Virus record (IMG/VR): IMGVR_UViG_3300021961_000042 | Span: 41,564 to 105,563 of that record | From: a virus | DNA: 64,000 bases | Direction: 5' to 3' (one strand) | Shown: in pieces, positions 9,316-19,599 of the stretch | Position numbering within the stretch: the stretch's first letter is position 1 | How the letters are laid out: the number at the start of each line of letters is the position of its first letter | The notes under the pieces: model-generated | What the model saw: only the letters and a program-made list of their open reading frames with translations | Told to the model about the DNA's origin: nothing | Databases searched by the model: none | Translations under genes and position numbers: made by a program

Positions 9316-12305
9316 TGGCTAAAACTAAATTTTTATGTCCACCAATTGCGGCCACAGGTTCTGCAACTTTTTCCGACAATTTAGTCGGATTTCAAGTTGT
9401 GGACGGTGGAGGATTAACCCAAGGAAATTTTCAATTTACAACATCATCTTTTGAAAAAGTAAATAGAAGTTTTTCTCTTGGGGTTTTTTCACAACCATAC
9501 ACTCTTGAAACATTAAAAATTGATAATATAGAGCAAAGTAAATTATTTGTTGAAAAGAACTTTCAAGTAGTACCAAACTTTGATTTATCACAAGTAACTA
9601 GTTTTTCACTATATGGTTCTTTTAGTAAAAGAATTTCTTCATCTATTACAAAAATTATAAGTAATTTTCCCGCAGCATTACAAATTGATTTTAAAAATTT
9701 TTCACAGTTTACGGGAAATACCGCTTTTAATATACAATACGATAGTATTGAAAATGAAACTAGTTTTGATGTAAATATTTCATTAATAAAAAACCCATTT
9801 GATATTGATTACTCTATAAATGCAACATCGAATTTAGCGACAAGACCAATAAAGGTTAGTGAATATAGAAACCTTACAGTAAATTATACAAAATTTTCTT
9901 TATACGTTTCAAATTTAAATACACAATACAAAGTACTTGATTTTACCCCATCAACATTTATAAGTGCAGGAACTTTAAGTTTTATTGTTGAAGGTAATCC
10001 TTTTTCTTCACAAACAGCAACAACGGATACTTTAATTATAAAACCAAATGATGAAAAAACAGAAGAAATTTTTAATACAAATTTTGATTATGTTGAAAAA
10101 TATATTTTAAATAGACAAAGTTTTCCATTATATACTTCTGTTTATGAATATCCTGAATATAACGATAACGGAGAGTTAACTATGTATTCACAAAAATTAT
10201 CATGGGGTTTAGACGGACTTTGGAATTTAGATATATTCAGCAATAATTTTGAGACATACTTACAAGATTTAAGTAATATAACGGAAAATATAGATAGCTA
10301 CAGAACCAATTTAATAAGTAGATTTTTAACTTCAGGTTCAATAAAAGAATTTGATACTAACGATCAGAAAGTAGAAAAAGTATTACAGTTATACGGAAGA
10401 AGTTTCGATGAAACAAAAAAGTTTATTGATTCTTTAGCTTATATGACATCGGTTAATTATAAGGTGGGTAACGACATACCCTCACAGTTGTTAGTGAATT
10501 TGGCAAACACTTTAGGGTTTGATACTAAAACAACACCAATCACTAATGATGATTTAATGAATTCTATTTTTACAACATCAAAAGAACAAATTTATTCGGG
10601 ACAGGCTGTTCAAAAAACACCACAAGAACTAAATTATCAGTTTTATCGAAATTTAATTTTAAATGCTTCATATCTTTTTAGGTCTAAAGGTACTAGGAAA
10701 TCAATTGAATATATTTTAAGATTTATTGGTGCACCCGAACAATTAATAGAATTTAACGAGTACATTTATTTGGCCGATAGTAGAATCCCTATTGAAGATT
10801 TTGATTCCCAATATGCGACAATTTCTGGAGGTACTAAGTTTTTTACAAGACCTTCTTTAGATTCAAACAATACTTTTAAAATTAGAGGTGTAAAATACAC
10901 TGCGTTTACTACTGACGGGTTTATACAAAGTACCATAATAGATGAAACAGATTACCCAATAAATTTGATAACAGGATATCCTGAAGTTCCTGTTTTTACT
11001 GCTGATTATTATTTCCAAAAAGGATCAGGTTGGTTTGAAGTAACAACACAACATAGGTCTCAGGAAGTGGTTGATTTTGAGTTATCTAATTTTACGGTAA
11101 CACCATCTATTGTTAGGACTAAACTGGCTCCATTTACATATGGAAAAGAATATTTAGATAGGTTTGAAAATTTTCCATATATGGAACTTGGATATAATTT
11201 ATATAGGACTATTGATAACAAAAAATCTTGGAGAAAAGATGAGGTTGGTAGACGAAAATATACTAATGGCCTTGGATCAACACTTTATGAAACTAGTGAT
11301 GATAGGTTAGTTATTAATAGTAAAAACATGGAGATATATTTAAATATGGGACAAGGATTGACATACGATGTATGGAATACTTCAGTACAATATAATTACC
11401 CTATACCGAATAGTGGATTATCAGGTAATTATCCATCACCAGGTTTAAATGATTGGACAGTTATAAATCCAAAACCAAAAGAAAAAACATTTTTTGAGTT
11501 TGCTCAAACTTTTTATAATAACATGATTAATGTTAGAAATAGACAAACAATATCTGATGGTAAAACAGGAGGGTACCCAACACTACAGTCTATTTTTTGG
11601 AAATATCTTCAATCACAACAAACTGTAAATATACCAACAAATAATTACACTTATCAAAAAATGATAGATTATACACTTGGTTTAGGTGATTATTGGGTTA
11701 GACTTGTAGAGCAATTTGTACCCGCAACTGCGTTGTGGATGACGGGACAAAAAATGGATAACTCCGCATTTCATAGGCAAAAAGTCGTTTGGAGAAGACA
11801 AAGAGGGTGTTCATTTATTGAAAGCATATGTCCTCCTTGTGAATATAATGGAGAACCATTTACATATGATTGTATCGATCAAACAACAACATGTAACATA
11901 CCAAGCTTTAATCCAGCAACTGTTTTAAATAATAAAATTAATCAGTTAATAACAAGTAGTGGATATACAACCAACCAGTGTAACTTTAATACAATTTTAT
12001 CTGATTGGTATGTTGATTTAAGATTAAAGGATATTTTAACAAATACTGAACAAAGTTTAATATTAGAAAAATTTTATACAGGTTATGGTCAAAATGCTTC
12101 AAATTTAACTACAGGTTTACCTTTAACTTATTATGATATAATAAATGCGATAGACGATAAACTAGAGTTATTGTACCAAGATGGGTTGAATTACTATTTA
12201 TCGGGAGGAAATCTTATAATAAGTAATTCTAGTTGTTATGATGATTTCAATAATAAACAAATCAAATTATATATTGGTTTGGACGTACAAATTAATTGTG
12301 GATAA
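9315..12305 (+). CDS. Putative baseplate wedge-like protein
   Basis: 996 aa; YLFRSKGTRKSIEYILRFIG resembles the KGT motif of baseplate wedge/P2 gpI-type proteins. Confidence 0.55.
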   Translation: MAKTKFLCPPIAATGSATFSDNLVGFQVVDGGGLTQGNFQFTTSSFEKVNRSFSLGVFSQPYTLETLKIDNIEQSKLFVEKNFQVVPNFDLSQVTSFSLYGSFSKRISSSITKIISNFPAALQIDFKNFSQFTGNTAFNIQYDSIENETSFDVNISLIKNPFDIDYSINATSNLATRPIKVSEYRNLTVNYTKFSLYVSNLNTQYKVLDFTPSTFISAGTLSFIVEGNPFSSQTATTDTLIIKPNDEKTEEIFNTNFDYVEKYILNRQSFPLYTSVYEYPEYNDNGELTMYSQKLSWGLDGLWNLDIFSNNFETYLQDLSNITENIDSYRTNLISRFLTSGSIKEFDTNDQKVEKVLQLYGRSFDETKKFIDSLAYMTSVNYKVGNDIPSQLLVNLANTLGFDTKTTPITNDDLMNSIFTTSKEQIYSGQAVQKTPQELNYQFYRNLILNASYLFRSKGTRKSIEYILRFIGAPEQLIEFNEYIYLADSRIPIEDFDSQYATISGGTKFFTRPSLDSNNTFKIRGVKYTAFTTDGFIQSTIIDETDYPINLITGYPEVPVFTADYYFQKGSGWFEVTTQHRSQEVVDFELSNFTVTPSIVRTKLAPFTYGKEYLDRFENFPYMELGYNLYRTIDNKKSWRKDEVGRRKYTNGLGSTLYETSDDRLVINSKNMEIYLNMGQGLTYDVWNTSVQYNYPIPNSGLSGNYPSPGLNDWTVINPKPKEKTFFEFAQTFYNNMINVRNRQTISDGKTGGYPTLQSIFWKYLQSQQTVNIPTNNYTYQKMIDYTLGLGDYWVRLVEQFVPATALWMTGQKMDNSAFHRQKVVWRRQRGCSFIESICPPCEYNGEPFTYDCIDQTTTCNIPSFNPATVLNNKINQLITSSGYTTNQCNFNTILSDWYVDLRLKDILTNTEQSLILEKFYTGYGQNASNLTTGLPLTYYDIINAIDDKLELLYQDGLNYYLSGGNLIISNSSCYDDFNNKQIKLYIGLDVQINCG

Positions 12306-15073
12306 TGGCGGGAATATCGGGTAAAACGTTAGGTGGTTATTATAGTTATGTGGACTCTTGTGGTAATGCCCAACAAGGTTTTGCATTTGCAGATGTTTCC
12401 GTTTGTATTGATCAAACATATTCAGCAAGTACTGTTGGTTTAATTATTGATAGTGGTGCCACTTGTAATTTAAACTGTAATCAGGGACCAATAAGTTATA
12501 CGTATAGTGTAACCGGTACTTGTGATAATGTCAGTGGAGGGACTATTAATTTACAAGTTTTTGGTGGTATTGCGCCATACACGATAACAAATACACAACC
12601 TGGTAGTGTTCCTGTACAAACTAGTTCGAGTTTATTTTCATATACAGGTTTAAGTGCTAGTACATACGTTTTTAGAATAAATGATTCATCTGCACCACAA
12701 AATAATGAATTATACTTTAATATTAACATATCTGAGTGTTTTGAAACAACAATAGATAACGTTTCAGGAACAACTTGCGGAGATAATGACGGATCTTTTT
12801 TCATTAATGCCAACTCCAATTCATCTCCTTATAATATAATACTTTATAAAAACGGGATTTATTATTCGTTATATCAAACAAACACACTACCTTATTTAAT
12901 TAATGGGTTGAGTTCTGGGATTTATAATGCGGTTGTTTATGATTATGGACTGACCACAGCTAATACTGAAAATGTAGTGATTAGTGCTAGTACCCCAATC
13001 GAATACGGAATTTGGAAAGTTAACACTTCTACATGTGTAATTAATACAGGTAAGTTGGCGGTAACTGGATTAACAGGAAATGGTCCTTTTACTATTCAGT
13101 GGTCTGACGGGCAGACAGGACAATTGGCTACAGGGTTAACAGAAGGTACATATAGTGTAACGGTTACTGATTATTACGGGTGCCAATCAACACAAACAGA
13201 AACAATCGGAGCGGCACTCCCTTTAGGGATTGTTGGATCAACATCAGTTAATCCAACAGGTTGTTTTTCTTCTGATGGTAGTATAACCGTAAATATTTCT
13301 GGAGGTACGGGACCTTATTATTACTCTGCAAATACAAACCAAGTTGGTTATACTTTGTCTGATACCTTTACTTTATCTAATATGCCTTCGGGTAATTATA
13401 CTGTTTTTATTAGAGATGCTAACTTTTGTTCTATAACAACAAACGTAAGTATTGGAGTACCATTTGGGTTCACATTTGTAGGGAATACAATAACAAATAG
13501 TCAATGTAATCAAAATTCAGGGTCTTTAACCACAACAATACAAGGGGCAAATGGTTCTGTATTTTATAGTCTTTCAGGATTAACAAACGGAACATTTTAT
13601 TCACAAAATTTACAATCAAATACTGCGACTTTTAATAATTTATCTCCCGATAATTACTTATTAACAATATCAGGACAATCTAGTTCTTGTAATTACACAG
13701 ATACGGTTTTAATACAATCTGTTGATAAGTTTAATGTATCATTAAGTGTTACGGGGGACACATGTAATTCAGGTAATGGAAAAGTTGCTATAAATGTGGG
13801 TACTGGATACACTAATTGGCAAACAAACGGACAATTGGATTATATTTTAAGTAATGGTCAATCTATTATAGATACACCACTAACTTCATATACATTTACC
13901 AACCTAACTTCAGGAAATTATACATTACAAGTTGTAGATGAAGATAATTGTTCTGTAACAAGAAACTTCACAATAGTACCGGGGGGTAATTTAAATAGTT
14001 TTGTAACAACCACAAATTTAATTAATGGAAATGATGGGTCTGCGACTGTTTTTATATTTGAAGGAGAACCTACGTTTACATACACTTGGAGTGATAACGT
14101 GCCCGCAGGAACAACAGGTAGTACCGCTACCGGATTAAGTGGTGGATCATATTCTGTTTTAGTTACAGATAGTAGTGGGTGTACAAATCAATTATCTTTT
14201 GAAATTATAAGCAATTCTAATAACCCAGGACTACCACCAGGTATTAGTCCGAGTATTGTTTCAAATTATGTGGTTTATGAAATATGTTCCTCAAACTTTA
14301 TAACAACATCGAACACAAAAAGAGGTATAAGTGAAATGCTTAATGAAGGTTATTTGGATTTGAGTAGTGGTTATACAAATTGTATATTAAACACAGTTTC
14401 TTTAGATTGTATAATAACTATAAGTGGTGTTTCATATACACAAACACTAACCGCACCAAACGACGAATCATGGAAAACCGCAATTGAAACAATTTTATCA
14501 TCAATACCTGAAATAAGTGATTATGACGTTGATTTATTTAATAACACACTCCAAATAAAATCAACATGTACAGATGGTGTTGATAGTTTAGGAGAAACCG
14601 ATTTTAAATTAGAGTTAGCAATAACATACGACATTAGTTGTTATGAACCGGTAACACCAACCCCAACAGTTACCGTGACACCAACACCTACACCAACCCC
14701 TACACCTACACCAACTCCTACACCTACACCAACACCTACACCAACTCCGACGGCAACACCGGTACCTCCTCCATCATTTATGTGGTTCACAAATGGTCAG
14801 ACATATCCGAGTACTGTTAATACTTACTGTACTGCGACTAACTGTGCAACATTTACTTTTTATACAACAGGCGCCACAATATCTCAAAACGATATAATTT
14901 ATGCGGATGTTGCACTTACACAAAATATTGGAGGATTAGCGACAAATTTTGGACCATCTGGTGGTGGATTTGGAAGAATGTTCCTATCTAATGATTGTCC
15001 AATAGTTGGTACAAGAATAATTGTACAAATAGATGGGACAGGAAAAGTAATAAGTCAACCATACTCTTGTTAA
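12305..15073 (+). CDS. SprB-repeat virion/tail appendage protein with Pro-Thr linker
   Basis: Repeats like DGSITVNISGGTGPYYY...GTYSVTVTDxxGC; long (TP)n run near the C-terminus; start placed at the coupled ATG 12305. Confidence 0.65.
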   Translation: MAGISGKTLGGYYSYVDSCGNAQQGFAFADVSVCIDQTYSASTVGLIIDSGATCNLNCNQGPISYTYSVTGTCDNVSGGTINLQVFGGIAPYTITNTQPGSVPVQTSSSLFSYTGLSASTYVFRINDSSAPQNNELYFNINISECFETTIDNVSGTTCGDNDGSFFINANSNSSPYNIILYKNGIYYSLYQTNTLPYLINGLSSGIYNAVVYDYGLTTANTENVVISASTPIEYGIWKVNTSTCVINTGKLAVTGLTGNGPFTIQWSDGQTGQLATGLTEGTYSVTVTDYYGCQSTQTETIGAALPLGIVGSTSVNPTGCFSSDGSITVNISGGTGPYYYSANTNQVGYTLSDTFTLSNMPSGNYTVFIRDANFCSITTNVSIGVPFGFTFVGNTITNSQCNQNSGSLTTTIQGANGSVFYSLSGLTNGTFYSQNLQSNTATFNNLSPDNYLLTISGQSSSCNYTDTVLIQSVDKFNVSLSVTGDTCNSGNGKVAINVGTGYTNWQTNGQLDYILSNGQSIIDTPLTSYTFTNLTSGNYTLQVVDEDNCSVTRNFTIVPGGNLNSFVTTTNLINGNDGSATVFIFEGEPTFTYTWSDNVPAGTTGSTATGLSGGSYSVLVTDSSGCTNQLSFEIISNSNNPGLPPGISPSIVSNYVVYEICSSNFITTSNTKRGISEMLNEGYLDLSSGYTNCILNTVSLDCIITISGVSYTQTLTAPNDESWKTAIETILSSIPEISDYDVDLFNNTLQIKSTCTDGVDSLGETDFKLELAITYDISCYEPVTPTPTVTVTPTPTPTPTPTPTPTPTPTPTPTPTATPVPPPSFMWFTNGQTYPSTVNTYCTATNCATFTFYTTGATISQNDIIYADVALTQNIGGLATNFGPSGGGFGRMFLSNDCPIVGTRIIVQIDGTGKVISQPYSC
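14647..14772 (+). repeat. Pro-Thr coding hexamer repeat (ACNCCN)n
   Basis: Encodes PVTPTPTVTVTPTPTPT...PTATPVPPP with third-position variation. Confidence 0.9.
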
Positions 15074-15361
15074 ATGCCATATTCAATAGACATATTAAAT
15101 ATTTCAGGAGGTACACCACCTGTTTCATTATTTGCCTGTGATGAATTTGGTAATAATTGTACATTGTTAGGGACAACAACAGGCACTTATGTTTTACCCG
15201 CTCTTTTACAAACGGCAACTACTATTATGGTTAAAACGGTTGATAGTACGGGTTGTATTTACTTTAAGATATTAACTTGTGAAGAAGAAACATATTTTGT
15301 ATTAACAGAATTAGGAGACATTTTAGAAACTGAAAGTGGAGATTCATTAGTTTGGTCCTAA
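15074..15361 (+). CDS. Small Cys-containing tail adaptor-like protein (paralog 1)
   Basis: Shares GTxP...CD...C...KxVDxxGC pattern with 15377 and 21218; C-terminus VLTELGDILETESG. Confidence 0.55.
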   Translation: MPYSIDILNISGGTPPVSLFACDEFGNNCTLLGTTTGTYVLPALLQTATTIMVKTVDSTGCIYFKILTCEEETYFVLTELGDILETESGDSLVWS

Positions 15362-15376
15362 TCTATATTTATTATT

Positions 15377-15664
15377 ATGATAATTAATATTACTGGAGAA
15401 ACAGGAACTTTAGAACCTTTAGATATTTTTCTTTGTGACCCAACAAATACAGGATGTTTTTACATTTCAGGATTAACAAATATTCCAGCAACTGTTGTAA
15501 TAAACACTGAAAACTATTTCCCAAACGAAAATTTTTTATATTTAAGAATAGTCGATACTAATGGTTGCATTTACTCAACAATAATAGACTGTTTAGGTCA
15601 AAAGGCTTTCCAAGATGACATATACTTTAATTTTATGGACGGGTTTGGGTATATTTTTCAATAA
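15377..15664 (+). CDS. Small tail adaptor-like protein (paralog 2)
   Basis: Same N-terminal pattern; C-terminus FQDDIYFNFMDGFGYIFQ. Confidence 0.55.
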   Translation: MIINITGETGTLEPLDIFLCDPTNTGCFYISGLTNIPATVVINTENYFPNENFLYLRIVDTNGCIYSTIIDCLGQKAFQDDIYFNFMDGFGYIFQ

Positions 15665-15685
15665 TTAATATTTATAAAATAAAGT

Positions 15686-17527
15686 ATGCCAACATATCAA
15701 TTATTAACGGATAGAACATTAGCAGATGCGTCAGCAATAACGCCAACGACACTAATACATATAGTATATACAGGAGACCCATCTCAAAACCCTGCCGGAT
15801 CCTCATATAAAGCAGAATTAGGACAATTAGTTGGATTATTTAGTGGAGCATCTGACACTTTAGTGACGGGTGGAACATATAGTGCAGGAACAATTACTTT
15901 TACAAATAATAGTGGAGGAACATTTAATGTTTCAGGATTAACAGAACCATTTAGCGGAGGATCAGGAAACTGTATTGCAGATCTATATGTTACAAATATA
16001 CATGGATGTTCACCAATAACAATATACGATTCTATTAGATCTACAGGTTCTACGGTCTCAGGATTAACTTCATTTTCTTTTGGTTTTGAAACCTCCGCAA
16101 CTACTGATTATTCTTTTGCTACTGGAGCACAAACTTTGGCTTCGGGACCATACTCACACGCTGAAGGTATTTTGACAATATCTTCAGGTATATCTTCACA
16201 TGCAGAGGGAGTATTAACAGTTGCCGCTGAGTGGGGGTCCCATGCTGAGGGAGGATATTATAATGGTGCTAATTTTGCACCTGGAGGTAAGGCTCTTGCT
16301 TGGGGTTCACATGCTGAAGGAACATTAACTATCGCTTCGGGTGTTTCATCACATTCTGAAGGTGTTTATACTGTTGCCTTAGGATGGGGTTCACATGCAG
16401 AAGGAGGGTATGTAGATGGCGGTTTATATTCTGGTGGTACCGCTGTTGGTTTGGGTTCACATGCTGAAGGACAAGAAACAATATCATCGGGAACATCTTC
16501 ACATTCAGAAGGTTGGTTAACAAATTCTAGTGGTTCTTATTCACATGCGGAAGGGCAACTAACACTATCTTTGGGACAATCTTCACATGCCGAAGGACAA
16601 ACCACAATATCTTCAGGTGATTGGTCACATGCGGAAGGAAGTTCTACAATTGCATCAGGTAATTGGTCACATGCTGAAGGAAGTCAAACAGTCGCTAGTG
16701 GTGATTTTTCACATGCGGAAGGTTTTGGAACATTAGCAGATGGCAAGGGTTCACATGCGGAAGGAGGTTATTTCCTACACCCAACATACGTAAGTGGAGG
16801 TACCGCATTGGGTAGGGCTTCACATGCTGAAGGGGTAAAAACTACGGCTTATGGGATAGCATCCCATGCGGAAGGTGACGAGACATACTCTTTTGGTTTT
16901 GGGTCTCACGCCGAAGGTAATGGGACGTACACTTCAGGAACATACCAACACGCAACAGGAAAATGGAATTTGACTGCGGACACCAGTTCAGGTGCATTTA
17001 TCATTGGTAATGGAACAAGTAATTTAAATAGAAGTAATTTACTATTTGCGGCAAATTCAGGTGTTACAATTTATGGTAATTTTACTGCAAACACGGTATC
17101 TGCCACAACATATTATAATTTACCACCAAAAGAGGTTTTTTATAAATCTTCAGGACCTGGTTTTGCATATCTTGGTGAATTTTATGAACCATATTGTAGT
17201 GGTAGTTCCGATAAGGTTTATGTTAGCGGAACAATACCTTATGATTTTGATAGTTTAATTAGTAGTAAACTAATAACTATTTCAGACTTCACGGCAAGTG
17301 AATTGACTGATTTGAGAATAAATTATAACCAAACGGGAGGTATTTTTAGTGCTAACACGGCCTTTACTCAAACATCAATTAGTTACACCACCGAAGAATT
17401 TACTGAAGTTGATATACTACCAATTTTTTCAGGTTTATCCGCTAACGATAACTTTTCTGTTAGTATATTTCAAAATAACACTAACTTATTAGTCTTAGGT
17501 TTAAAAATGAAATATAATAGATTGTAA
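15686..17527 (+). CDS. Tail fibre/receptor-binding protein with SHAEG beta-roll repeats
   Basis: More than 15 14-aa repeats xxSHAEGxxTxAxG (YadA-head-like); N-terminus nearly identical to 21527. Confidence 0.75.
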   Translation: MPTYQLLTDRTLADASAITPTTLIHIVYTGDPSQNPAGSSYKAELGQLVGLFSGASDTLVTGGTYSAGTITFTNNSGGTFNVSGLTEPFSGGSGNCIADLYVTNIHGCSPITIYDSIRSTGSTVSGLTSFSFGFETSATTDYSFATGAQTLASGPYSHAEGILTISSGISSHAEGVLTVAAEWGSHAEGGYYNGANFAPGGKALAWGSHAEGTLTIASGVSSHSEGVYTVALGWGSHAEGGYVDGGLYSGGTAVGLGSHAEGQETISSGTSSHSEGWLTNSSGSYSHAEGQLTLSLGQSSHAEGQTTISSGDWSHAEGSSTIASGNWSHAEGSQTVASGDFSHAEGFGTLADGKGSHAEGGYFLHPTYVSGGTALGRASHAEGVKTTAYGIASHAEGDETYSFGFGSHAEGNGTYTSGTYQHATGKWNLTADTSSGAFIIGNGTSNLNRSNLLFAANSGVTIYGNFTANTVSATTYYNLPPKEVFYKSSGPGFAYLGEFYEPYCSGSSDKVYVSGTIPYDFDSLISSKLITISDFTASELTDLRINYNQTGGIFSANTAFTQTSISYTTEEFTEVDILPIFSGLSANDNFSVSIFQNNTNLLVLGLKMKYNRL

Positions 17528-17571
17528 TATTTTTAATTTACAAAAAATACTATAACATTTATTATAACTAT

Positions 17572-18768
17572 ATGAAAATATTTGTTCAAATCGCATCATA
17601 TAGAGATCCAGAGCTTCTACCAACAATTAGAGATTGTATTAATAAGGCAAAACACCCTGAAAATTTAACTTTTGGTATATGTTGGCAAAAAGACGAAACA
17701 GAATCTTTAGAAGAATTTTATACCGATGATAGATTTAGAATTTTAGAATATCATTGGTCAGAAAGTAAAGGTTTATGTTGGGCACGTTCAGAAATACAAA
17801 AACTTTGGAAAGGAGAAGAATATACCTTACAACTAGATTCACATCATAGATTTTTACAAAATTGGGATGAAGAATTAATCAATATGATGGGTATGGTTGA
17901 CTCTGAAAAACCAATTATCACATCATATGCTGGAATGTACCGACCAAGTAATAATGAGTTATTAAATGTTGAACCATATAAAATGGTTGCTACAAATTTC
18001 ACAGAAAGTGGAACAATTATGTTCAGACCACACTCAATACCAAATTGGGAAACATTAGAAAAACCAATACCTGCTAGATTTGTTAGTGGACATTTTTTCT
18101 TCACATTAGGAAAACATTGTGAAGAATACAAATACGACCCAAACATTTATTTTGCCGGTGATGAAATTAGTTTATCAATTCGTTCCTATACATTAGGGTA
18201 TGATTTGTTTCACCCTCATAAAACAGTTGTGTGGCATGAATATACAAGAGAAGGTAGAACAAAACATTGGACAGATTTTAATCAGGAAAATAAAACAAAA
18301 GGGGTTGTTGAAAAACAATGGTGGGAAATGGATAATGAATCCAAAAGAAGACTAAGACATATGTTACAAGAAGAAGATAATAACATAGACTTAGGAATAT
18401 ATGGATTAGGTAGTGTTAGAACACATAAAGAATATGAAGACTACGCAGGAATAAATTTTAAGTATAGGAAACTTCACCAAGAAACACTCAAAGGAACCAA
18501 TCCACCAATTAATGATTCATCAGAATGGTATTTTAGTGAAGAAAAAGAATATAACTTGGAATTAGAAATACCAATTACCGAAGACTTTAAATTTATTTAT
18601 GTTGGTATTGAAGATGATAAAAATAATGTTATCTACCGTAATGATCTAACCACTTACCAAGAAAAAATAACAGCATGTTTCAAGTCATTTTCTCAACCAT
18701 ATAAATGGGTATATTGGGTTTATGATAATACAGACAATTGGATAAACAGACAAGATTTTTTATTATGA
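17572..18768 (+). CDS. GT60-like (GlcNAc family) polypeptide HexNAc transferase
   Basis: IFVQIASYRDPEL, SKGLCWAR, LQLDSHHRFxxxWD (DxH), FVSGHFFF, YFAGDEISLSIRSYTxGYDLFHP, WHEY. Confidence 0.8.
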   Translation: MKIFVQIASYRDPELLPTIRDCINKAKHPENLTFGICWQKDETESLEEFYTDDRFRILEYHWSESKGLCWARSEIQKLWKGEEYTLQLDSHHRFLQNWDEELINMMGMVDSEKPIITSYAGMYRPSNNELLNVEPYKMVATNFTESGTIMFRPHSIPNWETLEKPIPARFVSGHFFFTLGKHCEEYKYDPNIYFAGDEISLSIRSYTLGYDLFHPHKTVVWHEYTREGRTKHWTDFNQENKTKGVVEKQWWEMDNESKRRLRHMLQEEDNNIDLGIYGLGSVRTHKEYEDYAGINFKYRKLHQETLKGTNPPINDSSEWYFSEEKEYNLELEIPITEDFKFIYVGIEDDKNNVIYRNDLTTYQEKITACFKSFSQPYKWVYWVYDNTDNWINRQDFLL

Positions 18769-19562
18769 ATATAGGTGTATTTTACCAATCGGGACATAAA
18801 TTAGTGGCATGCTACAAGGCGTTAGAACAATTAAGAAAAATCTACCCTAATGTACCTGTCGCATTATTTGAAGATGGATCTGATATTTTAGAACCCGTTG
18901 CAAAAAAGTTTAACTGTGATTACACTTGGTTAGAACAACAAGGAGTGAATAATCCAACATCGGGGAGAGTTTTTGTAAAAGAAAACGGACAACTTGATTG
19001 GTTAAAAAGAATATATGATGCCTGTACTACAACATTAAAAGATGTTGATTGGGTTTTACATTATGAGGATGATGTTTGGTGTCGATTTGAAATAACAAAA
19101 CCACCTAAGTTTGATATTTCAGGGGCAAATGGTCCATTATATACTAAAGAACTTTATCAATATTTAAAAAATAAATTTAACGTATTGGACGAATCTAGAC
19201 ATCATTGGAGTCATTTAGGTTCATTAGAAAGTTATGGTGCTTGTGGAGGAACTATATTTAATAGAGAAAAATTTATTGAAATTTATAATAGATTAGATGA
19301 AGTACCGTGGAGTGAAATTTATAAATTAGATTCAAGACCTATTGAATGGTGCGACGCAACACTATCATTTTTGTTTCAGTTTTTTGGTTATACTAGTGGT
19401 GTTTGGGAGGATTGGGCACAATACGATTCAAAAAATATAGGTAATTGGTGGGATAAAACAGGGTGGTCAGTACCTATGGAAGAACAACCAAATGTTGCTT
19501 TTTTACACGCATATAAACATTTTTATAATTATAAACCTGAAGAAGTAATTTTAGATTTATAA
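18765..19562 (+). CDS. Putative GT-A glycosyltransferase
   Basis: DWVLHYEDDV (DxD-like) and ACGGTIFNREKF motifs; ATGA-coupled to the GT60 gene. Confidence 0.6.
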   Translation: MNIGVFYQSGHKLVACYKALEQLRKIYPNVPVALFEDGSDILEPVAKKFNCDYTWLEQQGVNNPTSGRVFVKENGQLDWLKRIYDACTTTLKDVDWVLHYEDDVWCRFEITKPPKFDISGANGPLYTKELYQYLKNKFNVLDESRHHWSHLGSLESYGACGGTIFNREKFIEIYNRLDEVPWSEIYKLDSRPIEWCDATLSFLFQFFGYTSGVWEDWAQYDSKNIGNWWDKTGWSVPMEEQPNVAFLHAYKHFYNYKPEEVILDL

Positions 19563-19599
19563 AACAAAAGTTAGATTATTTATATAATATAAAAATTAG